Origin: an uncultured Gammaproteobacteria bacterium
Lineage (GTDB): Bacteria; Patescibacteriota; Patescibacteriia; Magasanikbacterales; UBA922
NCBI GenBank assembly: GCA_964612105.1
Contig: CAZTEU010000003.1
Span: 3,050-67,049 of the forward strand
Direction: 5' to 3'
DNA: 64,000 nt
In this document: positions 20,184-29,328 of the stretch, piece by piece
Layout of the letters: each line of letters starts with the position of its first letter
How positions within the stretch are numbered: position 1 is the first letter of the stretch
Position numbers and translations under genes: made by a program
The notes under the pieces: generated by a model
Databases searched by the model: none
Told to the model about the DNA's origin: nothing
The model's input: the letters and a program-made list of their open reading frames with translations, nothing else

Positions 20184-21185
20184 TTATCTGTTATACCAAT
20201 TGTTATAGTAATTCTTGTATTCTCCACTTTTGCAATTTTCCACCCACTTTTTATTCTCCTTATACCACTCTATAGTTTTTGCTATTCCATCATTCAACGA
20301 AATAAGTGGAGCCCACCCTAGCTCATTTTGTGCCTTTGTATAGTCTATAGCATATCTTCTATCATGACCAGGTCGGTCTTTTACAAATTCTATATACGAC
20401 TCATCTAGTCCAAGTATTTCTATAATCTTCTTTGTGAGCTCTAAATTGGTTGGCTGGTTTCCTCCACCCAAACAGTAGGTCTCTCCAATTCTACCTTTCT
20501 GCAAAATCATATCAACTCCCCTGTTATGATCGTCAACAAAAATCCAATCACGAATCTGCCCACCATCTCCGTATACCGGAACTTTTTTTCCTTCCAAGAG
20601 ATTGGATATAAAAAGAGGAATCAACTTTTCTGGAAATTGATACGGTCCATAATTATTTGAACAATTAGATATTGTTACTTCTAGTCCGTATGTGCTGTAA
20701 TACGCTCTCACCAAATGATCTGACGCTGCTTTTGAAGCAGAGTAAGGGCTACGAGGATCATACGGAGTGTTTTCATTAAAGGCTGGATCATCTTTGCCAA
20801 GCTCTCCATATACCTCATCAGTAGAAACATGATGAAAGCGTTTTTTGTATTCTTTTGATGCATCAAGTAAAACCTGCGTTCCCAAAACATTCGTCTGCAC
20901 AAAGGCTCCAGGGTCTAGAATAGATCTATCAACATGAGATTCAGCTGCAAAGTGAACAACTGTATCCACATCTTTTACTAAATCAAATATTGTGTCACGA
21001 TCACATATATCAGCTTTTACAAAAGAGTATCTTGGATTGTCCTTTACGCTTTCTAAGTTCTCTAAATTTCCTGCATAGGTTAATTTGTCTACATTCAAAA
21101 TAGAATCATCTTTGTGATTAGTTAAATAGTAGCGAATAAAATTAGCACCGATAAAACCGGCGCCACCAGTTACGAGAATTTTCAT
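20184..21185 (-). CDS. rmlB: dTDP-glucose 4,6-dehydratase
   Basis: TGGAGFIG, DKLTYAGN, FAAESHVDRSI, STDEVYG, YSASKA, FPEKLIP, DRPGHDRRYA. Confidence 0.96.
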   Translation of the reverse strand: MKILVTGGAGFIGANFIRYYLTNHKDDSILNVDKLTYAGNLENLESVKDNPRYSFVKADICDRDTIFDLVKDVDTVVHFAAESHVDRSILDPGAFVQTNVLGTQVLLDASKEYKKRFHHVSTDEVYGELGKDDPAFNENTPYDPRSPYSASKAASDHLVRAYYSTYGLEVTISNCSNNYGPYQFPEKLIPLFISNLLEGKKVPVYGDGGQIRDWIFVDDHNRGVDMILQKGRIGETYCLGGGNQPTNLELTKKIIEILGLDESYIEFVKDRPGHDRRYAIDYTKAQNELGWAPLISLNDGIAKTIEWYKENKKWVENCKSGEYKNYYNNWYNR

Positions 21186-21586
21186 ATATTTTCTTTGTAC
21201 AGCACAAAAGTTTCGCTATCACTTTCTCTCATTGAGTGGTCAGAGAAAATAACAATTGTAGACGGGATAGCTGCGGTGTTTGCGAAAGCAAATGCGACTT
21301 GTGCCGGGATATGTATTATTCCATCTCCAGGCGCGAGTATCATTTCCATTTGTTCATTTGTATTTATCTGAAAGAAGCGTGTTCGCAAACGTCCGGCCTC
21401 AACGAATAGTATTAGACTTGTGTCATGGTAGTACATGTTCCCCACGACGGCATATGGTTCAATTTCTGCTCTTGAGATATGTACACCTCCTACTTTTGAC
21501 GTCTCCAGTGCACGCCCATGTCTGTTTGTATCTCGTCTGAAATTATACCTTGTTACGAATTGTGTCTGCTCTCTTACCCCATATAT
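21182..21586 (-). CDS. Degenerate WxcM/QdtA-like cupin with uncertain start (ATA start or frameshifted ATG)
   Basis: The frame of ORF 21182..21445 stays open to 21601; GNMYYH and HIPAQVAFAFAN resemble sugar isomerase cupin motifs. Confidence 0.55.
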   Translation of the reverse strand: MYGVREQTQFVTRYNFRRDTNRHGRALETSKVGGVHISRAEIEPYAVVGNMYYHDTSLILFVEAGRLRTRFFQINTNEQMEMILAPGDGIIHIPAQVAFAFANTAAIPSTIVIFSDHSMRESDSETFVLYKENI

Positions 21587-21601
21587 ATTTTTACTCTCCT
21601 T

Positions 21602-22201
21602 TTACTCTTCACCCAAGAAATAATCAAATAATACTTTTAATCCATTAGAAGTCTCACTAGAACCACTTGCTACAAAATAGTTTTGTGCTAAAGCCCATGA
21701 TGCAAGTGTTTGTCCGCACCAAATGTCTCCTCTCTGAATCATATCCATAATCTCATCTGGCCTCCTATATATTACTTCTATGTCTTCTGTACCTTCTAAC
21801 TGTTGTTCATATTGTTCTGTAACATGAGTTACATACACATGAGCCATTTCTTTTGCAAGCCCGTTTGCTGTACCAAACGACCCAATTTTTGTCATCTCCT
21901 CACTTACCCATCCTGTTTCTTCTAAAAGCTCTTCCCGCGCTGCGTCTATAGGATCCATACCTTTCTTTACTCCTCCTCCTGGAAATTCTATGCTTTGTTT
22001 TTCTTCTAAGTAGCGATGTTGCAATACTAACACAATCCTACCATCTTCTCGCACTGGAATTACCATTGCCATCCCGTTTGTCTCTAGATAGTAATAATCA
22101 TGCTCTTTATCATCTGCCTGCCTGTACTTATCATGTTTGTAAGTAAACCAAGGATTTTCATGGATTATTTCTTCCGAAATTTTCTTCAAATGTTCTGGCA
22201 T
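21602..22201 (-). CDS. NUDIX hydrolase (ADP-ribose pyrophosphatase-like)
   Basis: EFPGGG..AAREELLEETG Nudix box. Confidence 0.9.
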   Translation of the reverse strand: MPEHLKKISEEIIHENPWFTYKHDKYRQADDKEHDYYYLETNGMAMVIPVREDGRIVLVLQHRYLEEKQSIEFPGGGVKKGMDPIDAAREELLEETGWVSEEMTKIGSFGTANGLAKEMAHVYVTHVTEQYEQQLEGTEDIEVIYRRPDEIMDMIQRGDIWCGQTLASWALAQNYFVASGSSETSNGLKVLFDYFLGEE

Positions 22202-22203
22202 AT

Positions 22204-22608
22204 TTATGAAAAGAGCTTTGCTACTTCTTCGACACTTGTATCACCTGGATTATTTACTACTGAGTGCTGATTTCCACCCCCGTCTCCATTCCATCGTGGC
22301 ATTATGTGTACATGAAAGTGAGGAACAACTTGTCCGCCTGATTCACCGTGATTCCAACCAATATTATACCCATCTGGATGCAAAACACCATCTATCTTTT
22401 CCATAACTTTTTTTATAAACGGAGCTAGGTCTTTTGATAGCTCATTATCGAAGTCGAAAAGTGTCTCAGCATGTACTTTTGGAATTACAACAGTATGCCC
22501 TTTTGCATGGGGATTTATATCTAGAAAGGCTAGATTTTTATTGTCTTCCAACACAGTATGATTTGGAATTTCCCCCTTAGAAATCTTACAGAAAATACAG
22601 TCTTGCAT
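22204..22608 (-). CDS. HIT family nucleotide hydrolase
   Basis: DCIFCKI, FLDINP, GQVVPHFHVH. Confidence 0.93.
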   Translation of the reverse strand: MQDCIFCKISKGEIPNHTVLEDNKNLAFLDINPHAKGHTVVIPKVHAETLFDFDNELSKDLAPFIKKVMEKIDGVLHPDGYNIGWNHGESGGQVVPHFHVHIMPRWNGDGGGNQHSVVNNPGDTSVEEVAKLFS

Positions 22609-22644
22609 ATTATTAATAATATATCTTTATGACTGTATCCTAGC

Positions 22645-24903
22645 TTATTTATCTTCTTTTTTCAAGTCTACTATCCAGATAGTCAGATTATCTAATTTCG
22701 TGACTGAATCACCAATTTTTTCCTTTATTTCGTTATACTGCACATCTTCCAAACCTTCTTGCACTACCCAACACCTAGTTGATTTTGTTATTTCTCCGGC
22801 TTCCACCAAAACTTCTTCCGGAAATGATGTAAATGATGAGTAGAGCCTTACTCTGTCGGGTTGACCAAACTGGTAGTCAATAGGAAAACCTCCACCCACA
22901 ATATTACCTGCAGATACCCCTTCTAGTGCTAATAACAACCACGTGTCTGCTATTACACAGTTGTGCAACTGATTCCTGTTCTCCTGCTCCCATATTATTT
23001 TTGCAACATCTAATTCACTCTGAGATATAACACGTAAATCTGGACCAGATGCATATACTGTTGTACCAAACCAACTCAGCAAAATAATTAATATAAGAGC
23101 TGTACCTGGTAGTACATAACTTTTCCAGTATGGTTTTAGTTTTTGCGCCCCATACACTATTAGAATAATTGTAAGGAATACTATCATCCCATCCAAGCGT
23201 CTAATAAACAATCTGTCTCCCTGTAGTACTGTCCATCCAAATATATATCCACCAATTGTAACTGAAGTTAACATTGAGATTAGGTTCCAGCTTGTTCTTT
23301 TTGTCTGAGCTAGTGCAATGTACCAACCTATAATCGCAATAATCCAAAATATTAATGTAATTACTAGAATATTCCATCGGAAATTCGTAAATACACTCTC
23401 CACAAAACTATTTTCTGGCGTGTGATTAAAAAATATATTTCCACTTACGATGTCATGAGAGCGAATTGATTTAGCATAAAACCAACCAGACAGCTGCCCT
23501 GCTATTTGCTTTATATTATTAACAATGTTTGTAGAAATAGTTGTATTAGCTATACCAAATAATTCAAAGAGTGGAAGGGTAATTGTAAGTGAGAGTGCCA
23601 AAACACCTCTTATAACATTTTGCCATGATACACGATGTCTGGAGAAGTATGAAGATAAGCCTCTCTTTTCCAACACTAGAAGCAATAATGTTAGGATAAG
23701 TGTTCCAACAATAAACAAAAAGTGTAGAGTGTAACTAAACAACATTAAAAGAGAAAGTAGTAGAATAACAAACATCTGCGCGCGACCTCTTTGTTCAATA
23801 TATTGCAACAATAAGCTCAGCACAAAAAAGAATGTGAGGTATCCTAGACTTACAGGTAAAGTAATACTTCCAAGAACCTGGAATGCAAATACGTTAAAAC
23901 CAAGCCAAACGAGGAACAACCCGGAGCGCCTTGAACGAAAAAGAGTTAATCCAATCCTAAACAATATAATTGGCATCATAATCCCCCACAGGACAGGTAT
24001 AAGCCATTTGTTCAATGTAATTAAATCCACACTCAAAGTCTTACTAAGAAGTACTGTACTTCCCCACAAATGCCCATACGCATACTTGTTTGGAATTATT
24101 AGTGCCTCTGGGACATTTATTCCAAATATTTCTCTTGTCTTTTTTTCTGGACCCGCTATTACAGGAAGAATAGAGTCTCCATTATCTAGTTGCTCCTCCA
24201 CACCTATAATTCTCCATACATCTCCACCAAAAGGAAGATTGTGAGATGTAGCTATGTATGTGTGAGTTAGCAGGCTTTGTAAAACAAAAACAAACAACAC
24301 AACATATGTCTTGTGTTTGGAAAAGACCAACAAACCACATATAACAAGAAGAATAAAGCTGAGAGGTAAAAACCATGTACTTATCCCCTGCCAAGGACTA
24401 AAAATAACCTGTTCAGCTGATGCACCTAACAACAACTTAATAGCCAATGCCCAAAATATTGCATATGCAATTAAGTACAATACACTTTTAGAAAATAATG
24501 GCCTGTACGTTGATTTTACTTTAATGCTTTTTGTCCTTACTTTTTTTGTAAAATATAGGATACCGTATGTTACTACCGCAGTCGCAAAATAATTCCACCA
24601 AATAATTTCTGGAGTTACGCGATACAAAACCACCCAAACAGAATTAATAAGTCCAAGTAACAAAAAAGTAATGAAATAGCTATACAAATGAGTAGTCCAA
24701 TGGTTGGGATCAAAAGAAAACACATTTGATAAGATTATTTTCCACCAATACCCAACTGTTAATAAGTATAGAAAGAAAATAAGCCATCCAACCCACTGAG
24801 ATACACCAGAAAAAAATACAAAATAAAAAGATGCTGTGACAAGTGTTGCAACAGAAATACTAAGTGGATTTTTATAACTCTTCATCCATTTCATTGATGA
24901 CAT
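22645..24903 (-). CDS. Large polytopic membrane protein, putative GT-C glycosyltransferase
   Basis: More than 15 hydrophobic segments, loop motif PFGGDVWR, soluble C-terminal domain; start moved to ATG 24903. Confidence 0.6.
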   Translation of the reverse strand: MSSMKWMKSYKNPLSISVATLVTASFYFVFFSGVSQWVGWLIFFLYLLTVGYWWKIILSNVFSFDPNHWTTHLYSYFITFLLLGLINSVWVVLYRVTPEIIWWNYFATAVVTYGILYFTKKVRTKSIKVKSTYRPLFSKSVLYLIAYAIFWALAIKLLLGASAEQVIFSPWQGISTWFLPLSFILLVICGLLVFSKHKTYVVLFVFVLQSLLTHTYIATSHNLPFGGDVWRIIGVEEQLDNGDSILPVIAGPEKKTREIFGINVPEALIIPNKYAYGHLWGSTVLLSKTLSVDLITLNKWLIPVLWGIMMPIILFRIGLTLFRSRRSGLFLVWLGFNVFAFQVLGSITLPVSLGYLTFFFVLSLLLQYIEQRGRAQMFVILLLSLLMLFSYTLHFLFIVGTLILTLLLLVLEKRGLSSYFSRHRVSWQNVIRGVLALSLTITLPLFELFGIANTTISTNIVNNIKQIAGQLSGWFYAKSIRSHDIVSGNIFFNHTPENSFVESVFTNFRWNILVITLIFWIIAIIGWYIALAQTKRTSWNLISMLTSVTIGGYIFGWTVLQGDRLFIRRLDGMIVFLTIILIVYGAQKLKPYWKSYVLPGTALILIILLSWFGTTVYASGPDLRVISQSELDVAKIIWEQENRNQLHNCVIADTWLLLALEGVSAGNIVGGGFPIDYQFGQPDRVRLYSSFTSFPEEVLVEAGEITKSTRCWVVQEGLEDVQYNEIKEKIGDSVTKLDNLTIWIVDLKKEDK

Positions 24904-24973
24904 TATAGTTTGTCTTGACCAAATGAGCAAATATGTGTTTAATACTGTCGTTCGGAAGCAGAGGAGGTCTATC

Positions 24974-25858
24974 ATGCGCGAACAAGAAGAAGACGTAGCT
25001 GATCAGACCCTCACTCGGGTAGGACGGCTCAAGAAACTTGCGATGTTCAAGTACATCGTCGCTGGGTTCAGAGGACTGAGGAAAGCTGTTGGGAAAGCTC
25101 TCGGATCCAGCGCACTGTGGTTGGTCAAGAACACGCCAATCCAAGCAAACCACGTTACGTACTCCAGGATCCCACTTACGCTTACGGCGTGCGGAATCCT
25201 GCTGTTCTGGGGTCACCCACAGGCGAAACTTCTCGCCTTTTGGATCTTCGTCGCCAGTGCAGTGACAGACATACTGGATGGTACGTTCGCAAGAGCAATG
25301 GATAATCCAAGGTCTGGAATACTGCGTACTGCGCAGGAAAAGGACTTTGGGAAGCATCTGGACGCTCAGGTCGACAAGATTTGCCTCGCAATCCAGATGT
25401 ACGTGATTTGTGCACTGCTCCTTACCCTGGACTACTTCGGCGCTGTACTCGTCTCAGTGGTTTGGTGTTTCACATGCGCGATAGAAATCTGGCTCTTTGT
25501 AGACAGGCAACGTGACTACACCAAAAACAAGCGGTTGCGTATGTCCGGGCAAGAGCCCATAGAACTCAAAGCCTCTGACTGGGGAAAGATCAAAAGCACC
25601 CTGCAAATGATCTATGCCTGCGGATTTGTACTAGCACTCCACTACGATTCTCTCTTCTTGTGGTGGGGATCATGGATTGTATGGCTCAGTTTCTTTGTAG
25701 CCCCTTTGTTTGGGCTCCTGAGCCTGCACGGAAAACGAAAAGCCAGACGAGTCACCAAGAGACGAAATGGCAAACGAAAAAGCAATCTACCTCGTGCAAA
25801 CCTGAGAAAGAGGGGAAAATACATGCGTGTAACGCGTGCAGACATTGCCGATCGATGA
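24974..25858 (+). CDS. GC-rich CDP-alcohol phosphatidyltransferase (PgsA-like)
   Basis: ANHVTYSRI, TDILDGTFAR...FGKHLDAQVDK, ASDWGKIKSTLQM; ATG 24974 follows GAGGAGG. Confidence 0.82.
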   Translation: MREQEEDVADQTLTRVGRLKKLAMFKYIVAGFRGLRKAVGKALGSSALWLVKNTPIQANHVTYSRIPLTLTACGILLFWGHPQAKLLAFWIFVASAVTDILDGTFARAMDNPRSGILRTAQEKDFGKHLDAQVDKICLAIQMYVICALLLTLDYFGAVLVSVVWCFTCAIEIWLFVDRQRDYTKNKRLRMSGQEPIELKASDWGKIKSTLQMIYACGFVLALHYDSLFLWWGSWIVWLSFFVAPLFGLLSLHGKRKARRVTKRRNGKRKSNLPRANLRKRGKYMRVTRADIADR

Positions 25859-25869
25859 AGGAGACGAAC

Positions 25870-25909
25870 AACGACCCTGCTCTACGGAGTATGGGTCGTT
25901 ATCATTTTT
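25870..25909 (+). terminator. Terminator of the PgsA-like gene
   Basis: AACGACCC...TGCTC-TACG-GAGTA...GGGTCGTT followed by a T-rich tail. Confidence 0.65.
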
Positions 25910-25949
25910 ATTGATAATTGTGATTATTCTGCTACAATAAGTCTATTAT

Positions 25950-28025
25950 ATGTACACTCTTCACCTACAAAGAATATCCATAGCTGTCCTCGGAACAATA
26001 ATGCTTGCAATAAATTTATTATTGGTGAATGAAACACTTTTAGGTGTGACAGGTCTAATAATTTACTTGTTTGGAATGGTAACTGTTGTTTCTCCGCTAT
26101 TGCAAGAAAAGGTAATAAAAAAGAAACACATACCAGGCTGGTCACTCCTACTAATGCTGTGCTGGTTAATTTCCGCAAATGCAATAGTGTATTACATTGC
26201 TGGACTTACTAACATAACACTTTTAGTTGTATTATTAATTCCCCTATTGCTTGGTTATAAGAACACTGGTGACTATACTTTTCCTTTGTTAAAAAAGAAG
26301 CAATTAAATCAAAAAAGTGTTTTTTTTCTAACTTTTTTTCTTTTTGGAGAGTTGGGATTAATCGCATCAATGATAGATGGTAGAACAACAGACCTTCTTC
26401 GTTCTCCTTGGCACGCTGTATCTCCTGAATTTTTCCTGTTATATGCCGGTGCTACTGCATTTCTATTTGCATTAATATACACAACAAAAAATTCATTAGT
26501 AAGATACTTCTGTACATCGCTTCATTTGTTTGTAACTTACAATGTAGCAACTATTGTTTATGCTCTTGGGTTTGGTTTTGATGCTTTTATTCACAGAGCA
26601 ACAGAAGATTGGATTACAACACATGGCTTTATCCTTCCAAAAACCCCTTATTACATTGGTCAGTACGGATTTGTTGTGTGGCTAAGGAGATTCACTCAGA
26701 TTCCATTGTCCTATATTGACGTGTACTTAGTACCAGTCTTGGCTTCATTAACATTACCTGCTGTAATAGTTTCTACATTCAAAGACAAGACTAATGTGTA
26801 TCTTGCATTGTGGTTGTTACCTTTTTTACCGTTCCTATCATTCTTACTAACCACACCGTACAATCTGGCACTTTTACTAACAGTAGTAACGATATTTTTA
26901 AGCTTGAGTTTTCTTAAACAAAATATCCCATGGTTCCTCCCTGCAGGAACCACACTAGCAACACTCTTTGTTCATCCGCTGTTAGGAGTGCCTGTTGCAT
27001 TATTCTTCTTTTATGCGCTTTTACACAAGAAATATTCAAATTCTGGTGAGAAAGTATCTGCACTAACCTTTTCTCTGATATTTGATATGGCACTTGTCTT
27101 GCCAGCAATGTTTGTAATACAACAAATGATTGCGGGTCACAGTTTTCCAAAACTAACCAATCCATTCTCAAAAATATCTGACTTTATCTCTCTTTTCTCA
27201 CAGCCATATTGGTATGCTGATAGTTCACTTGTACGATTTGAGATATTATATACATGGCAAACACTTATTCCTGTTGTGTATATTTGTTTAGCTATATTTG
27301 GTGCATATATATACAAAAACAGACAAACAATGTGGTTGCTTGTGTCTACAACAATCGGCTTAATAATTGGTGCCTGGCTTTTGAGAAGTTGGATTGTTTT
27401 CCCAGACGTAGCTGTATATGAGCAAGGAGATTATCCATTAAGAATAGTAAAAGCTTCCATGCTGTTCTTATTGCCCTTATCTATTGTTGGGGTAACAAAC
27501 ATAATTGAAAAAGTTTCACAAAAAAATCATCTCAAAATAGCATTTGCAATTGCAGCTGGTGGAATAATGATGATTTCCTTTTACTTAAGCTATCCACAGC
27601 ACAATCATAAGGTTCGTTTTCCTGGTCTTAATGTAACTGCCTCTGATTACACTGCAACAAATTTTATTGCGGATAAACATAGCAGTTATGATTATATAGT
27701 TCTTGCAAACCAATTAGTTTCTGCATCTGCGTTGGATAGTTTTAGTTTTGCAAAATATTTTGATACAGAACAAGGTGAGATATTTTATTACTCAATTCCA
27801 ACAGGCGGTATATTATATAATTATTATGGAGAGATGCTATACGAAGGACAAAAAAGAGAAAGTATGGTTACAGCAATGGATATTGTAGGTGTAAACACTT
27901 CGTATTTTGTTGTTAACAGCTACTGGGCAGATAGTGAGAAAATTATTGAGGGAGCAAAAAAAACCGCCGACAGTTGGCATATTGTCGACGATGGAAAAGT
28001 GTGGATTTTTGAATACAATCGTTAA
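25950..28025 (+). CDS. Large polytopic membrane protein, putative GT-C glycosyltransferase; paralog of 22645..24903
   Basis: Many TMs, loop motif GFGFDAFIHRA, YIGQYG, soluble C-terminal domain. Confidence 0.6.
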   Translation: MYTLHLQRISIAVLGTIMLAINLLLVNETLLGVTGLIIYLFGMVTVVSPLLQEKVIKKKHIPGWSLLLMLCWLISANAIVYYIAGLTNITLLVVLLIPLLLGYKNTGDYTFPLLKKKQLNQKSVFFLTFFLFGELGLIASMIDGRTTDLLRSPWHAVSPEFFLLYAGATAFLFALIYTTKNSLVRYFCTSLHLFVTYNVATIVYALGFGFDAFIHRATEDWITTHGFILPKTPYYIGQYGFVVWLRRFTQIPLSYIDVYLVPVLASLTLPAVIVSTFKDKTNVYLALWLLPFLPFLSFLLTTPYNLALLLTVVTIFLSLSFLKQNIPWFLPAGTTLATLFVHPLLGVPVALFFFYALLHKKYSNSGEKVSALTFSLIFDMALVLPAMFVIQQMIAGHSFPKLTNPFSKISDFISLFSQPYWYADSSLVRFEILYTWQTLIPVVYICLAIFGAYIYKNRQTMWLLVSTTIGLIIGAWLLRSWIVFPDVAVYEQGDYPLRIVKASMLFLLPLSIVGVTNIIEKVSQKNHLKIAFAIAAGGIMMISFYLSYPQHNHKVRFPGLNVTASDYTATNFIADKHSSYDYIVLANQLVSASALDSFSFAKYFDTEQGEIFYYSIPTGGILYNYYGEMLYEGQKRESMVTAMDIVGVNTSYFVVNSYWADSEKIIEGAKKTADSWHIVDDGKVWIFEYNR

Positions 28026-29203
28026 TTTTTGTACAACTGCAAAAGTTTAGAAATATAATTCCCTTCTGTAAGCCCATCTAGTGATAGGGCTGTTTTTTTA
28101 CTCATTTGTTCAATAAGATTCTCATTTTTAGAACACCAAATTATTTTTTCTTTTAGAGAATCGGAATCATCTGCCACAAAAGTTAATCCATTATCCCCTT
28201 CTTTTATTAGCTCTGCTATACCCTCAATATTGCTTGCAAGTACAGGCACCCCAAAATAGAAGCTCTCAAAAATTACAGTTGGTGAGTTTTCATAACAGCG
28301 AGATGGAACTATTGTCATATGAGATTTTAGGAAAAGGTTTTTTACCTCTTCCCTAGTTAACCTTCCATGAATATGCACCTTTTTATTATCTTTTGATATC
28401 TGCCTAACAATATCCAGGTCTGAGCCACTTCCTACTATATGCAATTGTGCATCTATATTTATCTCATTGAAAGCTTTTGTAAGAAAAATCACACCCTTAT
28501 GATCTTCTACTTGTCCAATATACAGGAAAGTTAATTCTTTCGGTTTCTCTATGTTATCTGTATTGATGTTAAGATCAAAAGGAACAGGATTACGAACAAC
28601 AACAAACTTTGATTTGTTAAAGAAATCTCTGGATGAGTAGAACTTATACAAAAACTTAGACGGAGAAATTACAACATCCGGAGATCCAAATAGTTTTTTT
28701 GTAATAAAACTGTATATTTGTGTTGGCAAACCATTATATCTCAAACTATTTTCTTTTGATTTTAATATTACACCACTTGGTTCTACAAGTTGCACATCAT
28801 GAACAGTATGCACATGATGTATGCCAAGTGCATTAATTACTCTGGGAATAAGAAAACTGAGCCCCATTAGATTATGTGTATGAACAACATCTGGTTTTTC
28901 TGTTTCCAATATTTCTTTCACTCGTCTTTCTGCCCCAAAATGGAACATATTTATAATATGCCAAAAAAACCTAACCACACCGTGAAAATTATAAGCATCC
29001 GTATAATAGTACAGATTTTTTGGACAAAACCTGTACACCTTAACACCATCTTCTCTTTCTACCCAATCTCCTTTCTGTGTTGTTGTAATTACAACAACAT
29101 CATGTCCTTGTTTTGTAAGTCCATCCACAGTCTTGCTAACCACCTGCTCAGCACCTCCTCTAGCATTTGGTGGGTATAAGTTGCTTATTATGCATATCTT
29201 CAT
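28022..29203 (-). CDS. GT4 family glycosyltransferase
   Basis: SNLYPPNARGGAE, PDVVHTHN, PSRCYENSPTVIFES; start moved to ATG 29203. Confidence 0.9.
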   Translation of the reverse strand: MKICIISNLYPPNARGGAEQVVSKTVDGLTKQGHDVVVITTTQKGDWVEREDGVKVYRFCPKNLYYYTDAYNFHGVVRFFWHIINMFHFGAERRVKEILETEKPDVVHTHNLMGLSFLIPRVINALGIHHVHTVHDVQLVEPSGVILKSKENSLRYNGLPTQIYSFITKKLFGSPDVVISPSKFLYKFYSSRDFFNKSKFVVVRNPVPFDLNINTDNIEKPKELTFLYIGQVEDHKGVIFLTKAFNEINIDAQLHIVGSGSDLDIVRQISKDNKKVHIHGRLTREEVKNLFLKSHMTIVPSRCYENSPTVIFESFYFGVPVLASNIEGIAELIKEGDNGLTFVADDSDSLKEKIIWCSKNENLIEQMSKKTALSLDGLTEGNYISKLLQLYKN

Positions 29204-29328
29204 ATAGCAGAGTATATGTGTATAGCTGGTTTTTTTCAACAGCTGTAATTACTATCAACATTTTGCCCACAAAATATCACCCTCAGCCCTTTTACATGCT
29301 GGTCATATAAGATAATATACAAAGTAAT

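Noticed and set aside
24872-25914. Several overlapping ORFs within the PgsA-like gene
   Set aside because: Expected from locally high GC and few stop codons; only the + frame carries the CDP-alcohol motif
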